Assembly (NCBI RefSeq): GCF_963921235.1
Contig: NC_086097.1
Coordinates: 45,262,001-45,326,000, forward strand
Length of the DNA stretch: 64,000 bases
Source: Mobula hypostoma
Taxonomy: Eukaryota
Direction of reading: 5' to 3'
A program made the position numbers and the translations under genes. This document shows, in pieces, positions 11,536 through 24,260 of the stretch. Below the pieces are notes generated by a model, which made no database searches, was not told the origin of the DNA, and was given only the letters and a program-made list of their open reading frames with translations. Position 1 is the stretch's first letter. The number at the start of each line of letters is the position of its first letter.

Positions 11536-14500
11536 GTCGATTTAAACATTTTTATGTTTAAAAACTGTGACAGGAAATGTTTGAGTAGTGCTTCTGCTGC
11601 TAAAGCAGTACATAGTAAACTTTTTAGTCCCTGTCAATCAGTGCTTTCAACAAAAATTCACTAACAGAATGCAACATGGAATGCTTGTCCACTGCTAGTA
11701 TCGGGTCAGTGCACCCTCCCCATATAAACAACACAATAGCTTGCATTAGAGCCTGCTCTGCCACATTACAACTGGAAAATGTGTGATTGGCTGAGTTCCT
11801 TCTGTTCAAAACACTTACAGATTACATTGTGTGGCCCACGCACTGACTCTAGAATAAGGTTGGGATAATAATGGCCCACAAGCACAAATTTCTGTGAATT
11901 ACTCCATCTGCAGGTTTAACAAAGTACATGGATTCACTTTTTTTTTTGCGGAGTTCTCTCATTCTTCAAAACTGAACATTCTGACCCAAAGGCTAAGGCA
12001 TTTTTTCCACGTAATTCCCTGGCAACGTGGAGACAGCAGCAGAGCCATCTGGATCAGAGCAGTTTTGTTTTAGTTTTTGTAACAGAGACAAGAGATGAAT
12101 TATTAAAAGACAGTCCTCCGCACAAGAAAAATGACTGAAACTCAAGTCTCAGGTGTTGCTTTTTCTCTGCTGTTCGCAATTATTAGGAAGTAATTGTAAC
12201 ACCACTTTCATCCCAACCATGCCCTTCCCCCAACAGAGCCCCCAAACAGTGAGATAGTTTAAATTCCCTCGAGGTGTTCATCTGATCCTTCATCTGTAGT
12301 GAAAAACATCAGATCAACTAAACAAAGACACTCTCCTGATTTGTAAACACAGGACCAAGTCTGGAAACTGATCTGTGGTTACACCACCCAAAGAATAAAT
12401 CAAAAGTAACATTATTGAGTTCAATTATAATAATATTTTAAAGATAAATTGTCCAATTATTCCTTTCAGTCCATCCATGGTACCTATCAAGGTGATACAA
12501 ATGCAGTCACCTTAAATATTGTAGCATAAATCTGCAAAGGCTTAAATGAAATCCATCTGCTAAATTTCAACTCTGTCAGTCACAGGCAACAGGCCAGAAC
12601 TACTTTCCTTTCCCATCCATTCATCATTATCAATGGGCCTTCTTCGGAGCTCTATTAATACACCTTATGAATGCCGCTGAGCTGGCAACATGTCTGCAAA
12701 TTGCAAACCAGATGCCCTAATGACCCCCACCCCCTTCACTTTGCACACAGATGTTCTTCCTGCTCAGCTGGAGGTCAGAACAGTGCATTCTCTCCCCCTC
12801 CCCCCTACCGTTACCCCCGATTCCACCTCCTGTGATTGTCAGCCTGACGTTTGGGAATTGATATCCAGGCATTTTTGCTTCCCTTACCACCAGCACCTAA
12901 TCAGGTTGAGAGTGCAACATGCAAAGGGTACATACCAAGCATATAATTACCTAACTGATTAGCTTCTCAAAGTGATGTTTATGGTGATACTAACTGCCAT
13001 CCACTCACAGTCCTCTGCTTTGTTACACTAATCTGAATTCATAATCTCCCCAAACCCCAAAGTTCTTCGCTCCTTCAGTTTTCCTTCCACTTGCAATCAA
13101 CAGTGTTTTAAAACCAAAGCTGTCAGGCACGAGTCTCTGATTACTATTTATTCTCTGCCTCTTTATTTGTCATTGGTAGCATCTTGTCTTGTGCTATTTT
13201 GCCACTGGCTTTTCAAGCAGAGATCGCCAATTAATGCTTCTATTGCAATTGCACAGGGTAGATTTGACTATGCTGTTATTTATAATTTTTTTCTCTGACA
13301 GAAACATTGATCATTTGCCACTATTGCCTCAAATTGATTTTGTAGGACCATGTTTCCAGGCTTAAATAAATGTGGAGTTGAGTAAACAACATTTATAGCA
13401 AATGCACTGAAATCTGGCCCATGAGATATCAGATACAGCTGGTAGGTAGGTTCAATAGGCGAGTGCAGGGTGACAAGAAGCTAAAGAACCACAGAAGTAA
13501 CTTTAACTATAACTTGCCAGGGCCATTCTCCTCAGATATCAAAAGGACAAGGGTTAATTTTAAGCATCCAATGAGGCAATTTAACATCTAAGATCCTATG
13601 GTATGCAGAGTACCATTTGGGGATAAGGAAGGAGGGTGCTTGCATCAGGTCTCGCTGATATCAGAGGGGAACAGCCCAGGTAAGTTACATTTAAAGTTAT
13701 GTCTGTGCTCCGTTAGCTTCTTGACACCTTGGCCTGTTGAACTTAGCTCATACCAACTCCATCTGATAGCTCAGCTAGTCCGTGGCCCACTGTTTGGTAC
13801 TCACAGCTCTCAAATCACATTTGCGGGAACCTTTACCCAGCCCACCTGTTGATAAAACAGGCCATTCTCCAGTTAGCCCTGGAGGTCAGCAGGTGCGAGA
13901 GGAATAGCAACGTTGGAATATGTAACCAAATACCAACATTGATCCGAACTTGCAAAAAAAAGCACGAGGACAAGTAGAAACAATAACATTGAAAAATAAA
14001 GAAATAACAAACTAACTACAATTACAGAACAAAAATATATTGTTATCCCTAAACATATGTTGCAACAGCAGGTTGAATTCATATAGCGCCTTACACGCAA
14101 TAGAACATACCAAGGCCCATCACATGGAATTGTCGTGCGTTTTAAACTTACAGGCAGCACTCCCTTTACAACATGCCTGTGAGCACTACACTGAATACCC
14201 AAGTTCCCACTCTCATTATCAGAACCACTTTGATGTGCACAACGTTCATTCACAATGATCAACTTCCAAATGATTTTACTCTCAGGCAGTCCTGATCAAT
14301 CCACATTCAGACAAGTTTACAGTGACACAATGTAGCCAGCAGCAATAATTGTAAACGACATCACTTCCCGCGTTGCCGTGAAGCCCCCTTCGGAACAGAC
14401 CCATTATCTGAGGGTATAATGGGATGAATACAATGAACCCAAGTTAAGGGAAAGCACAAAAACTTTCCAGTTTTAAACAGAGAACAATTTAATGCTGAAA

Positions 14501-14658
14501 GTAGTCTAGAGGAGATCGGAATAACCATTTTTGTATACATTCTTCGGAAAATATTTTTCCAGGGAATCCCCAATCTTTAAACACTGCATAGCCCAAAAGG
14601 TCCCAATTTGCCTCCTACTATACTAAAAAGACTAATAGTGAAAACTAAGATCATTTAC

Positions 14659-14725
14659 CGGTGCAGAACTGAAGCAGCGAGGAGGTGTCGTAGAGGCTGT
14701 TGTAGCCAGAAAACCCGTCCTCCAT
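14659..14725 (-). CDS. EML1: First coding exon of echinoderm microtubule-associated protein-like 1 (rest of gene lies below coordinate 1)
   Basis: Translates MEDGFSGYNSLYDTSSLLQFCT + G|gtaaat, versus the recalled human EML1 N-terminus MEDGFSSYSSLYDTSSLLQFCND. 67 nt with a phase-1 donor at 14658; strong Kozak context AGTATGG; inside a CpG-rich region. Exon 2 (DSASAASSMEV-like) not found in the window. Confidence 0.93.
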
Positions 14726-14827
14726 ACTGAACCCGTTCCCTCCAGTCTCTCTGTTACTTAGTTTGCCTGCCACAGGAGATGTTCCCCATTCACGATCCAG
14801 TTTTCCGGGGTCTCCCTGCCAGAGTCA

Positions 14828-14841
14828 GTTACCATAGCAAC
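14828..14841. promoter_or_regulatory. RFX X-box GTTACCATAGCAAC
   Basis: Matches the X-box consensus GTNRCC-N(0-3)-RGYAAC; 103 bp upstream of the EML1 ATG. Confidence 0.75.
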
Positions 14842-16724
14842 CCATTCAATCAGATTCTTTCCTACGTCTACAGCCCTCCTTTTTTTTTGTGTGTGGTGCG
14901 TTTGCCTCCGTGTCTTCTTCACACCGCTGTGCGTGGACAGCCGGAGCCCGGAGGTTCCGCAAAGAAGCGGCTCGGCGTCCCGGAGCTGAAAGCTGAATGT
15001 TTCAGCCAGCGAAATAGAGGGAGAAGCAAAGACACTGCCAAAATGTGTCTCCAGTTCTTGCCTGACGGTAATCTTAGACCAGTAAAAACAGGAGTAACAT
15101 CCTTTCAAAATACAGCCTCTCGGTCCCGACCAATTACCTCTCAGCATCCGACCAGCTGATGTAGCAGGCTGCTAAACCGGGCATGAAATACTGAGCGAAG
15201 ATTGGGGAGGAAGTTGTAAGAGGGGAATCTACAGGAATCTCTCAGCCTCACTCAGTTCACCAGACAACATATGATCAAGCAGCCATTTCTGTCAGCAAAT
15301 CGACACGGAGCTTGACACAGCAGCAGGCTGATAGAATTCCAGCGAACGCGGAAAGACAGCACAGGCTGTGTTAAATGGGGTGGCTCCAAATCGTGAATGA
15401 GATTTGCAGTAAAGATTGCCGAGATCGTTTTGAGAAAAATTAACGTTTAATTCTGTAATTCTTGTAGAAATTTAAAATAGTGTCAGCTGAATGAAAACTA
15501 AAGATTTGGCAATGAGGCGAGGACTTTTATTTTAAAATACTTCCGAAGTGCTTCCATTCATTCCGCAGCAGGCGTTGGAATTTATTAAAATACTCTGCCG
15601 AGGGAATATTCAGGGTTTGGCTCCTGCGACAGGGTTTTCTCGAGACATAAAGTTCATTAAGTTTAATTGTGAGTGATAATTGTTAAAACAAGGAAAGGCA
15701 TGTGTTAACCAACTCCTCATTCTACGTCGTCTCTGGCCTACTCCTAGTTTTATCCTTTTTGAAAATGAGGCTTTACGGCTTAAGAGGCAGAGCAGTGCCA
15801 ATCCTCAACGAAACCATTGGAGAGTTCGTAGTAAGATTTATTTCCTTTTGAAGGACGTAACAGTAAACCAGTCTGTTAGAACAAATAGAGAACGAACACA
15901 TTTTCTATATTTTTTTTGCAGGCTGTTATGGCACAAAGATTTAAGTTGACCCAAATTAGGTAATCACTTATATTTCCTTCTGGAGTAATTAACTTTCATT
16001 TTTGTCAGTCTGGCCAAGCCCTTGAAAGAAATGATAAAGAATGAATTATGCCGATTATCCATGTGTGTTGAACAGGGACCGGAGTCAGAATTAGCCCATT
16101 CTGGAACTGCTCTTCTTTTCCAGAGTATTGTGAATGATTCGAAAGCAACACTTCGTTTCTATTACCTCAGACTGCTACTGATCTTTTAATGGTTGCATAA
16201 TCTGTTGCTTCAGCAATGGGAGTGTTAGGACGGCCGCCATAAAGGGTCAAAGATACAGTATAAATTTTTGTACACAAGTAAATTATTTGTTACTGCATGT
16301 TTAGCAGATATTCCATTCATATAGTCTTCAATTCATAAATATTTTATAGAGAAGTGCTCATTTATGCATTCTTTACAATCATTCCGGGGATATAATTCCC
16401 TTAGAACATTTTTTATGCCCTGAATAGGTAAAATCACTTAAATGTTTGGGGTTAGAGAGGAGGGGGGAGCTATTAAAATCTAAGTGCCTTAGATCTTGAA
16501 AACATGTTAACTGGGATAAAATCTACAAAAAGGGGAAACCTGGCAGCATTTTAAGTGTCTTTTACCATCTGTAGCTCCATTGGCTAAATGAGATGTAAAA
16601 TATTGCAAGACGCAGCAATACCCATATGATGAGGCTAAGTCAAAGGAAACTCTGGATTCTTGGTAGAAAGTAAACTGCAAGTTTTGATAACAAACACATA
16701 TTCACAGAAAAAATATTTTAAAAT

Positions 16725-17040
16725 TAGACCATAAGACATAGGAGCAGAATTAGGCCTTTCAGCCCATTGAGTCTGCTCTGCCATTCCACCATGACTGATC
16801 CCAGATCTCACGCAACCCCATCCACCTGCCTTCTGGCCATATCCTTTGATGCCCTGACCGATCAGGAAACTATCAATTTCTGCCTTAAATATACGCACAG
16901 CCTTGGCCTCCACCACAGTCTGTGGCAGAGCATTCCACAGATTTACTACTCTCTAGCCAACAAATTTTCGCCTTACCTCTGTTCTAAAGGGTCCTCCCTC
17001 AATTTTGAGGCTGTGCACTTTAGTTCTAGATACCCTGACC
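16725..17040 (-). mobile_element. CR1 LINE 3' end
   Basis: VEAKAVRIFKAEIDSFLIGQGIKGYG on the minus strand; tail cctatgtcttatggtct. Confidence 0.85.
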
Positions 17041-17897
17041 AGTTATTTTATTTAACCTGTTTTAATCGATATATGCAGGCAAAATATCAAAGGATAGTGA
17101 CCGAATGAAATACCACAGCACTGTACTGTGTAAAAAGCACAGTGCCATTTTGCTATGGAAGACTTGCTTTTGTAATATATCTTTCATAGAGTCGTGCAGC
17201 AGAGAAACGGACTATCAAGTCCACGTTACCCATTAAGTTCCCATCTACACTAATCCCATTTATGAAAATTTGGGCAAATCAAGTGCTGTCATGATATATC
17301 TTAAATGTTGTGAGAATCTCTGCCTCCACCAACCTGTCAGACAGTGTGTTCCAGATTTCAAACACCCTCTGGGTGGGAAAACATCTTCCTTGCATCCCTT
17401 TACCTTAAACCTATGCCTAGTGACATTATGCATCTCCATTGTAAAAGAGTAAGTTTATGGACAAGTTGCCTGCAAGTTCTCATAGCTACAATGTCAACTG
17501 GACCTTGTGGGACATAACACTGCATCTAGTATGTGGGTATAACAATGAACATTTTCAATGTGATCACTGTCCTGCCCTGAAAATCTTCTGATTGTTTCTT
17601 TTGTAATAAAAACATACACATTTTAAGACTTTTCCTATTGGTTTATTTGGAATGTTGAATACCAATTACACCAACAGTTAATCAGTATTATACTAAATAT
17701 TTTAAAGGGAAGGACTTTTTCTGTTTAAGTCATCAGAAGAGGATGTGTATCCCTGAACAATATAAATCCTCAGGACAGAAAGATTAGAAAGCACAAAAAA
17801 AGGGTATCAGAATCTTTGTGAGGGTCCATTAATGAATCACTACCAGATATTCAAACTGAATTACATTGTAGAACAAATTACAAACCTACATGCAAGG

Positions 17898-18100
17898 CAT
17901 TACTCAAACCAGCCCCGTCTGTCACCAACAATCAAAGTCACTTACATCACATTTCTTCCTCATTCTAATTTTTGGTCTGCACAACAGCTGAACATCTTGA
18001 CCATGTCTACTTGATTTTATGCTTTGCGTTGCTGCCATATGATTGGCTGTTTAGATATTTCCATAAATGAGCAGATGTACCTAATATAGTGGTTACTGAC
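17898..18100 (-). mobile_element. Tc1-family DNA transposon 5' end
   Basis: Reverse complement aligns with 49240-49440; TIR remnant gtacctaatatagtggttactga. Confidence 0.7.
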
Positions 18101-18284
18101 TCTGCAAGATACCATATCGTCATTCACAGAAAGGCAAGGTCTTCAGACCTCAAGTCAACCTATCACCACATAAAGATTAACTGGTCGTGCAGTTTGTTTT
18201 CTCTTTGCAGAATCTCACTGTGTTCAGTTTGGATGATCCTTCTATCCACATAACAGAAAGGACCACTGTACTAAATAATAAACT

Positions 18285-19585
18285 CAAGTAATTTTCCAGA
18301 TACTGGAAAACCAAGGCAATGCACACAAAATGCTGGAGGAACTTGGCAGATCAGCAGCATCCGTGGAAATGAACAAACAGTCAATGTTTCAGGCTGAGAC
18401 CCTTCTTCAGGACTGGAAAGGAAGGGGGAGGACACTAGAATAAAAAGTGGGGGGGGGGAGGCGGGGAAGGAAAGGAGAATGAACCAGAAGGTGATCAGTG
18501 AAACCAGGTGGGTGGGAAAGGTCAAGGGCTGGAAAGAAAGGAATCTGATAGGAAAGGAGAGTGGACCATGGGAGAAAGGGAAGGAGGAGAGGTACGAGGG
18601 GGAGGTGAGTGGGTAATAGAAGAAGAGAGAGGGGAGGGAAAATTATTTTACTGGAAGAAAAAAACTGATACTCATACCATCAGGTTGGAGGTCACCCAGG
18701 AAGAATATTAGGTATTGCTCCTCCACCCTGAGGGTGGCCTCATCTTGGCACAAGAGCAGACCATGGACCATCGTGTTGGAATGGGAATGGGGATCAAAAT
18801 TAAAATGTTTGGCCACCAGGAAGTCCCACTTTTGACAGTGGGAGTGGAAGTGGTCAACAAAGTGGTCCCCCAATTTACAATGGGTCTCACCAATGTAAAG
18901 AAGGTCACATTGGGAGCACCAGATACAATAGGCGACCCCAGCAGATTCGCAGGTGAAGTGTTGCCTCACCTGGACGGACTATTTGGGGCCCTGAATGGAG
19001 GTGAGTGAGAAGAGGAATGGGTAGGTGTGGCACTGGCCACCTGCACGGATAAGTGCCAGGAGGGAGATTAGTGGGGAGGGAAATCACAGAGGGAGCAGTC
19101 CCTGTAGAAAGTGAAGAGTTGGGTGGGAGGTAAAGGTGTGTTTGCTGGTAGGATCCCTTTGGAGACGGCAGAAGTTGTGCAGAATAATGTGTTGGATGCA
19201 GAGGCTCATGGAGTAGAAGATAAGGACAAGAGGAACTTGATCCCTGTTAAAGCAGCGGGAAGATGGGGTGAGTGCGGATGTCCAGGAAATGGAAGAGGTG
19301 CGGGTGGGGGCAGCATCAATGATGGAGCAAGGGAAACCCTGTTCTTTGAAGAAGGAGAATATCACTGATGTTTTGAAAAGGAGAGCCTTATCCTGGCAAC
19401 AGATGAAGTGGAGTTGAAGGAACTGAGAAAAAGGAATAGCATTTTTTCAGGAGACAGGGTGGGAAGAGTTATAGTCAATATAGCTATGGGAACCAATGGA
19501 TTTATAAAAGACGTCAGTAAATAGTTTGTCTCCAGAGATGGAGACAGAGAGATCAAGAAAGGGGAGGGAAGTGTATGGAATGTTG
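18285..19585 (-). mobile_element. Penelope-like element, degraded
   Basis: GVAYCIWCSQCDLLYIGETHCKLGDHFVDH (GIY-YIG, ORF 18643-18969) and FFKEQGFP...VPLVL (19084-19365); terminal region with a hammerhead. Confidence 0.88.
18378..18415 (-). ncRNA. Minimal hammerhead ribozyme motif (PLE-borne), partly decayed
   Basis: Minus strand: cagtc CTGAAGA agg-gtctcag-cct GAAA c ATT gactg. 5-bp stem I intact; the stem III CG has decayed to CA. Confidence 0.6.
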
Positions 19586-21214
19586 TGATGTCCATGAGAT
19601 ATGAAGGGTTCAATGTAAGTACAACCTTATTTCTTCCATTTACATTTAGGTAATATGTGATTTATGAATGATTTCAAATCCTGTGCAAAAGTAGCTTTCC
19701 ATTGAGATATGATTCATGACATTCCTACTTTGAATTATCAAACCAAGCCAAGTCGGTGTCACTGCCTGCTGATCTCACAGACAATGGGGCCAGCATCCAT
19801 GTCAGTGAGTTCGGGATGCACCATCATTTTCAGCTGCGAGTTATATGAATACTCCCACTGCAGGGCAACACATGGACACCGTGTCAACGCTGCGGGAAAC
19901 ATCTGGGAAAGACAGTGTAAAGGAAGTCCACAATTTTTGAAATTGTCCCACATTATGGGTTCATAGAAGGAAAGCGGAGAGGAGTGAATTGGAGAAAGAT
20001 GGTTACATTGTCTACAAACCTAAATGCAGGATTAACTCAGATTATTCAAAACGGCATCTGAAAGAAACTAACAAGTAAACCTTGAAATTCTGATGTATCC
20101 ATGGATAAGCATGAAAGAGAGCTACTGTCATCCCTAATAACAGCTCAAATGAATCAGAAATTGTTGTTACCATTTTTCAGATGAAATAGATTTCAATCTC
20201 ATATTACTTTTTAAAAATTCTATGATGCATTCTGCTACGTCTTCATTATTTGAAAAAATGCTGTAGTCATTGTATCTCCTCTACATGGCCTTTATCATAA
20301 GGTCACAGTGGAATTGTGTAGACAAGAGGCCAACCTTTCAGAATCAGGAAGTGAGAAACAATAGTGCTATTGACTGTAGGAAATCCTGTTTATTCTGTAG
20401 ATGTACATCATTACATCCCGCTGACCCGTGCCAGTCTAATTTTACACACCAGCATAATATTACCGATGGGCAGAATCATAATCTGCTCCCGTCTGCATTG
20501 CTTTAAATTTGTGACTTATTTGTCTTTGAGCTGCATTTTCCATTTCCAAGAGTTAGCTCACATCCAATCTCATTGTTTTTTCTTACTATGGCTAAAATCT
20601 TAAAAAGCGCATATTTACCATTTCTCTGCACATTGAAAATCCTTGCTATTTCTGCGGAGGCCAAATAGAAACAAGCCCAATGAAACAAAGATGCAGAAAT
20701 CCTACCAAGCATAGTAGTTCATTAACATCTTACAGCTCCACCTCCCTGGGGGCAGCTGGACAGATGGAAGAATATTTGGCAAGCGCACACTGGTGGGAAC
20801 CCCCAAAGCTAAAAGCTGAATTACCCACTCTTGAGGAAATTCATGCAGCGTCAGTTAACTTCAAATCAGTGTCTGAACTGTAATGTATGAACCCAATGTG
20901 AGTGTATTTCATCTCTAATATCACACAGACATCACAATATTTTTCAAAAAAAATGCTGTAGATTGAAGTACTGACCACGTATTTTATCTTTTAGTTACCC
21001 ACTATCATTCTGCCCTCAATCAAACCATGTCTTCCATTCTCATCATAAAGTTTCTTGCCAATATCTTTAGGAACATATGAGTTATGAAGTAATTTCAAGA
21101 TTCTTACATGTTACATTTAGCTCTGAAATCTCCCCTTTCTATTCAGTCCCCCAACAGGCTCATTGCAATTTCAATCTTATCATGTTTTATGTTTCCTTTC
21201 AACACACCTAGCTT

Positions 21215-21995
21215 TCTTCCACAACCAGGAGGAGGAAATGGGAGGTCCATGAGCCAGTCCTCATCAGTAGATCAGAGGTGGAGAGGGTCAGCAACTTTAA
21301 ATTTATCAGTGTTATCATTTCACAGGATCTGTTCTGAGTCCAGCACATAACTGCCATTATAAAGAAGGCAGGGCAGTGCCTCTAATTTCTTAGAAGTTTG
21401 AAAAGATTTGGCACGTCATCTAAAAGTTTGACTAATGCAGCTGAGTGTACTGACTGGTTGCATCACAGCCTGCTTTGGAAGCACAAATGCACTTGAACGG
21501 AAATCTTACAAAAGTAACGGATGTCATGGGTAAAGTCCTTCCCACCACTGAGCTCATCTGCAAGGAGTGCTGTTGCAGGAAGGCAGCATCTACCATCCAG
21601 GCCATACTCTTTTCCCACTACTGCTGTCAGGAAGGAGATACAGGAGCCTCAGGTCCTACACTGCCAGGTTCAGGAACAATTATTTCCCCTCAACCACCAG
21701 AGGGGATAACCTCACTCAACTTCACTCACCCCAACACTAATCTGATTCCGCAACCAATGAACTCGCTTTCAAAACTCTACAGCTCATGTTCTCAATACTT
21801 ATCCTTATTAATTATTACTATTATTTTGCTTTTTTCTTTTTGTAGTTGACAGTCCGTTGTCTCTTGTGCATTGCTTGTTTGTCCACCTTTGTTGTGTGTG
21901 GTTTTTCATCAATTCTATTGTTTTCCTTTGTATTTACTGTGAATGCCTTGCCCACATGAAAATGAATCTCAGGGTAGTATGGGGTGATGATAAAA
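21215..21995 (+). mobile_element. Rex1/Babar LINE 3' part
   Basis: Similar to 10670-11530 (gtggagagggtcagcaactttaaa..., VMGKVLPTTELICKECCCRKAAS) with an aatctcagggt tail. Confidence 0.8.
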
Positions 21996-22475
21996 CTGAC
22001 TCAAACTGAGGTGGGATGTGAGGAAAATCTTTTTTTACTCAAAAGAAATAAGTAAGTCACAATAGTTAAGAAATTGCAGCCAGTATAAGTGGTGGAAGAG
22101 TCAATTAGAATTTTAAAATGGAACCTGGAAAGGTCTCAAAGGAAAATAATGTAAGGGGTCATAGGGAAAGAGATGGCCCAACTGGCCTCTTCCTGCACCG
22201 TAATGGGTCTGTAATTTTATCATTCTCCTACAGTTCCCTTTCCAATTTCAACCCCATCGTAAGTGTTCAATTGGTACTACTCTGATTCAGAAATTCTCTC
22301 TGCCATTTTCTGCTACCTTTTCGCCACCTATTCCTCATTTATAGAATTGGAAGTCATTTAGTCCCAGATTACTGGACACCGTTTCCTGCCTTTGTAAAAT
22401 TTCCACTAAGCCTGACACTCTGAACAGGCTTTCAGTTGCCTCATCTCACTTCATTTTTAACCCTTCATTAGGCAG

Positions 22476-22732
22476 AGTGAAACTTTCATCATCCACTGTC
22501 TGATTAATCAGAATTCCCGGTTGTTAGGGATCAGGATCACCAGACAATTGACTCCATCCCCACTCGCTGGGCTCTCGGTTCTCAGCTGGTAAAGTGAAAC
22601 AATCATTATTAGAACTGTGTTACACATAAAAAACTGAATTAAAGAGTGTTGAGGTATAGGTAGAAATGGCATCCAGTAGACCTGAAAATCTGCTGGTCTG
22701 AGACCAACTCGGTATATTATTGGAGTTTTACT
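22476..22732. mobile_element. Possible pogo/Tigger-type MITE relic
   Basis: Imperfect terminal inverted repeats agtgaaactttcatcat / attattggagttttact (about 12 of 17 matches); no ORF. Confidence 0.3.
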
Positions 22733-23811
22733 TTATCTTGTAATGTGAGAGTGCAATGTAAATTTAAATTCTTGGAGGATTAATTTAAGGACCTCCCGTT
22801 TAATCAAATACTGTTGTACCATCAGTGGGTGACAAGCTTCCAATTTTCTCTTTCTGAACTTGCCACAAATAAGCCCTTAAAGTGATGTCTGAGTAGGTTT
22901 GACATTGGTCTTTGACTTCATTTTAGTCCAGGCAAGGCTGCTGTGATAGATATCTTGTCTTTCTCTTGGTTATACCAGTTCTACAAAAATTAGCTTGGAT
23001 AACCCCAAATGGGCAGAAAACATGGTAAACAGAAACATGTCATTCTGATACTGCTGTCAGAATACACAATGTACGCAGCTTGAAAGCTTATTTCTGCAAT
23101 AAGTTGTTGAAATGGTAATAATATTTCCCCTTAGTGATCATAAGGACAAATAAAAAAAAAACAAATTAATCTGTGTTTCATTAAGTTGTAGTAGCTGGGG
23201 GTTTCACATTAAACTCCAAACAAAAATGCACTGCATTTCTCTGCCTGGTAACACTGAATGTTATTTTAGTACGTTAGCATGACATCCTCAAATGGATCTA
23301 ACTGTATAAGTATGTAGCTTTTTCTTCAAATCACTGCTGCTTTGAAAGACTGGGTAAAACAACATTGCTGCCATATTCCATCTATATTAAATTTCCGAAA
23401 GGTTTCCGCAAAATGAGTGAAGCCGTATGGGTATTTTGTTTCAGATAATCTTTTTGTATTAGCACCCTGTTTGTCCTGGGATTAACCACTCTGTGCATAA
23501 CGACACCCTGTGAATAGATGAAAGATTTTCCCACAGTCTGAAGTCAGGTGCCAACTCTCAGAGGACAGTAACCATTATTCCACCATTGTTTCACCACAGT
23601 TTCTGGAGGCTGGCCAACCTCATGAGAGGGACAGAGCTTGTAACTTTGTGCTTTCAAGTCCATGCCTGTCACATCTAACTAATACAAGTAAGCAAGTGGA
23701 AACATTAAAAGCAGTAACAACATTAATGGGCCTAACATGTGAAGTGGCGGAAGGGTCCTAGCCTCACTATATGCTCTCAGGCATTACGTAAGGGTAGTTA
23801 AAACTGCAAAC

Positions 23812-24260
23812 ATAAGTTTATTATCAAAGTACATATATGTCACCACATACAGCCCTGAGATTTGTTTATTTGCAGGCATTCACAGTAAGCCCAACAACCA
23901 AGGAAAGACCGCACTAACAGGGCAGACAGACAACCAGTGTGCAGAAGGCAATTAACTGTGCAAATACAAAAAAAGGGGGGTGGGCATAATAAATAATAAA
24001 TAAGCATTGAGAACATAAGATGAAGAGTCCTCGAAAGTGAGTCCATAGTTGTGGGAACATGGGACAAGAGAAGTTGAGTGAAGTTACCCCCTCTGGTTCA
24101 AGAACCTGATGTCTGAGGGGTAATAACTGTTCCTGAACCTGGTGATGTGGGCCCTGAGGCTCCTGTACCTTCTTCATGATGGCAGCAGTGAGAAGAGAGC
24201 ATGGCCTGGGTGATGGGGGTCACTGATGATGGATGCTGCTTTCCTGCAACACCAGTCTGT
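23812..24260 (-). mobile_element. Rex1/Babar LINE 3' end
   Basis: Reverse complement similar to 11070-11525. Confidence 0.8.

Larger units (their letters stand above)
14655..15430 (-). promoter_or_regulatory. CpG-rich promoter / 5' region of EML1
   Basis: Visibly high CpG density compared with the CpG-depleted remainder of the window; overlaps the first coding exon; no transposon remnants. Confidence 0.75.

Noticed and set aside
11586..11602. agtgcttctgctgc (SASAA), resembling EML1 exon 2
   Set aside because: On the plus strand, opposite to EML1, and similarity does not extend.
13677..13685. Consensus donor CAG|GTAAGT on the plus strand (possible antisense transcript)
   Set aside because: A single 9-mer with no supporting exon or promoter evidence.
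14758..15159. Overlapping 129-aa (-) and 126-aa (+) ORFs in the CpG island
   Set aside because: No recognisable homology; GC-rich DNA has few stops; neither is in frame with the EML1 ATG.
20738..20756. CTCF-like ccacctccctgggggcagc
   Set aside because: Three mismatches in the 5' half of the core.
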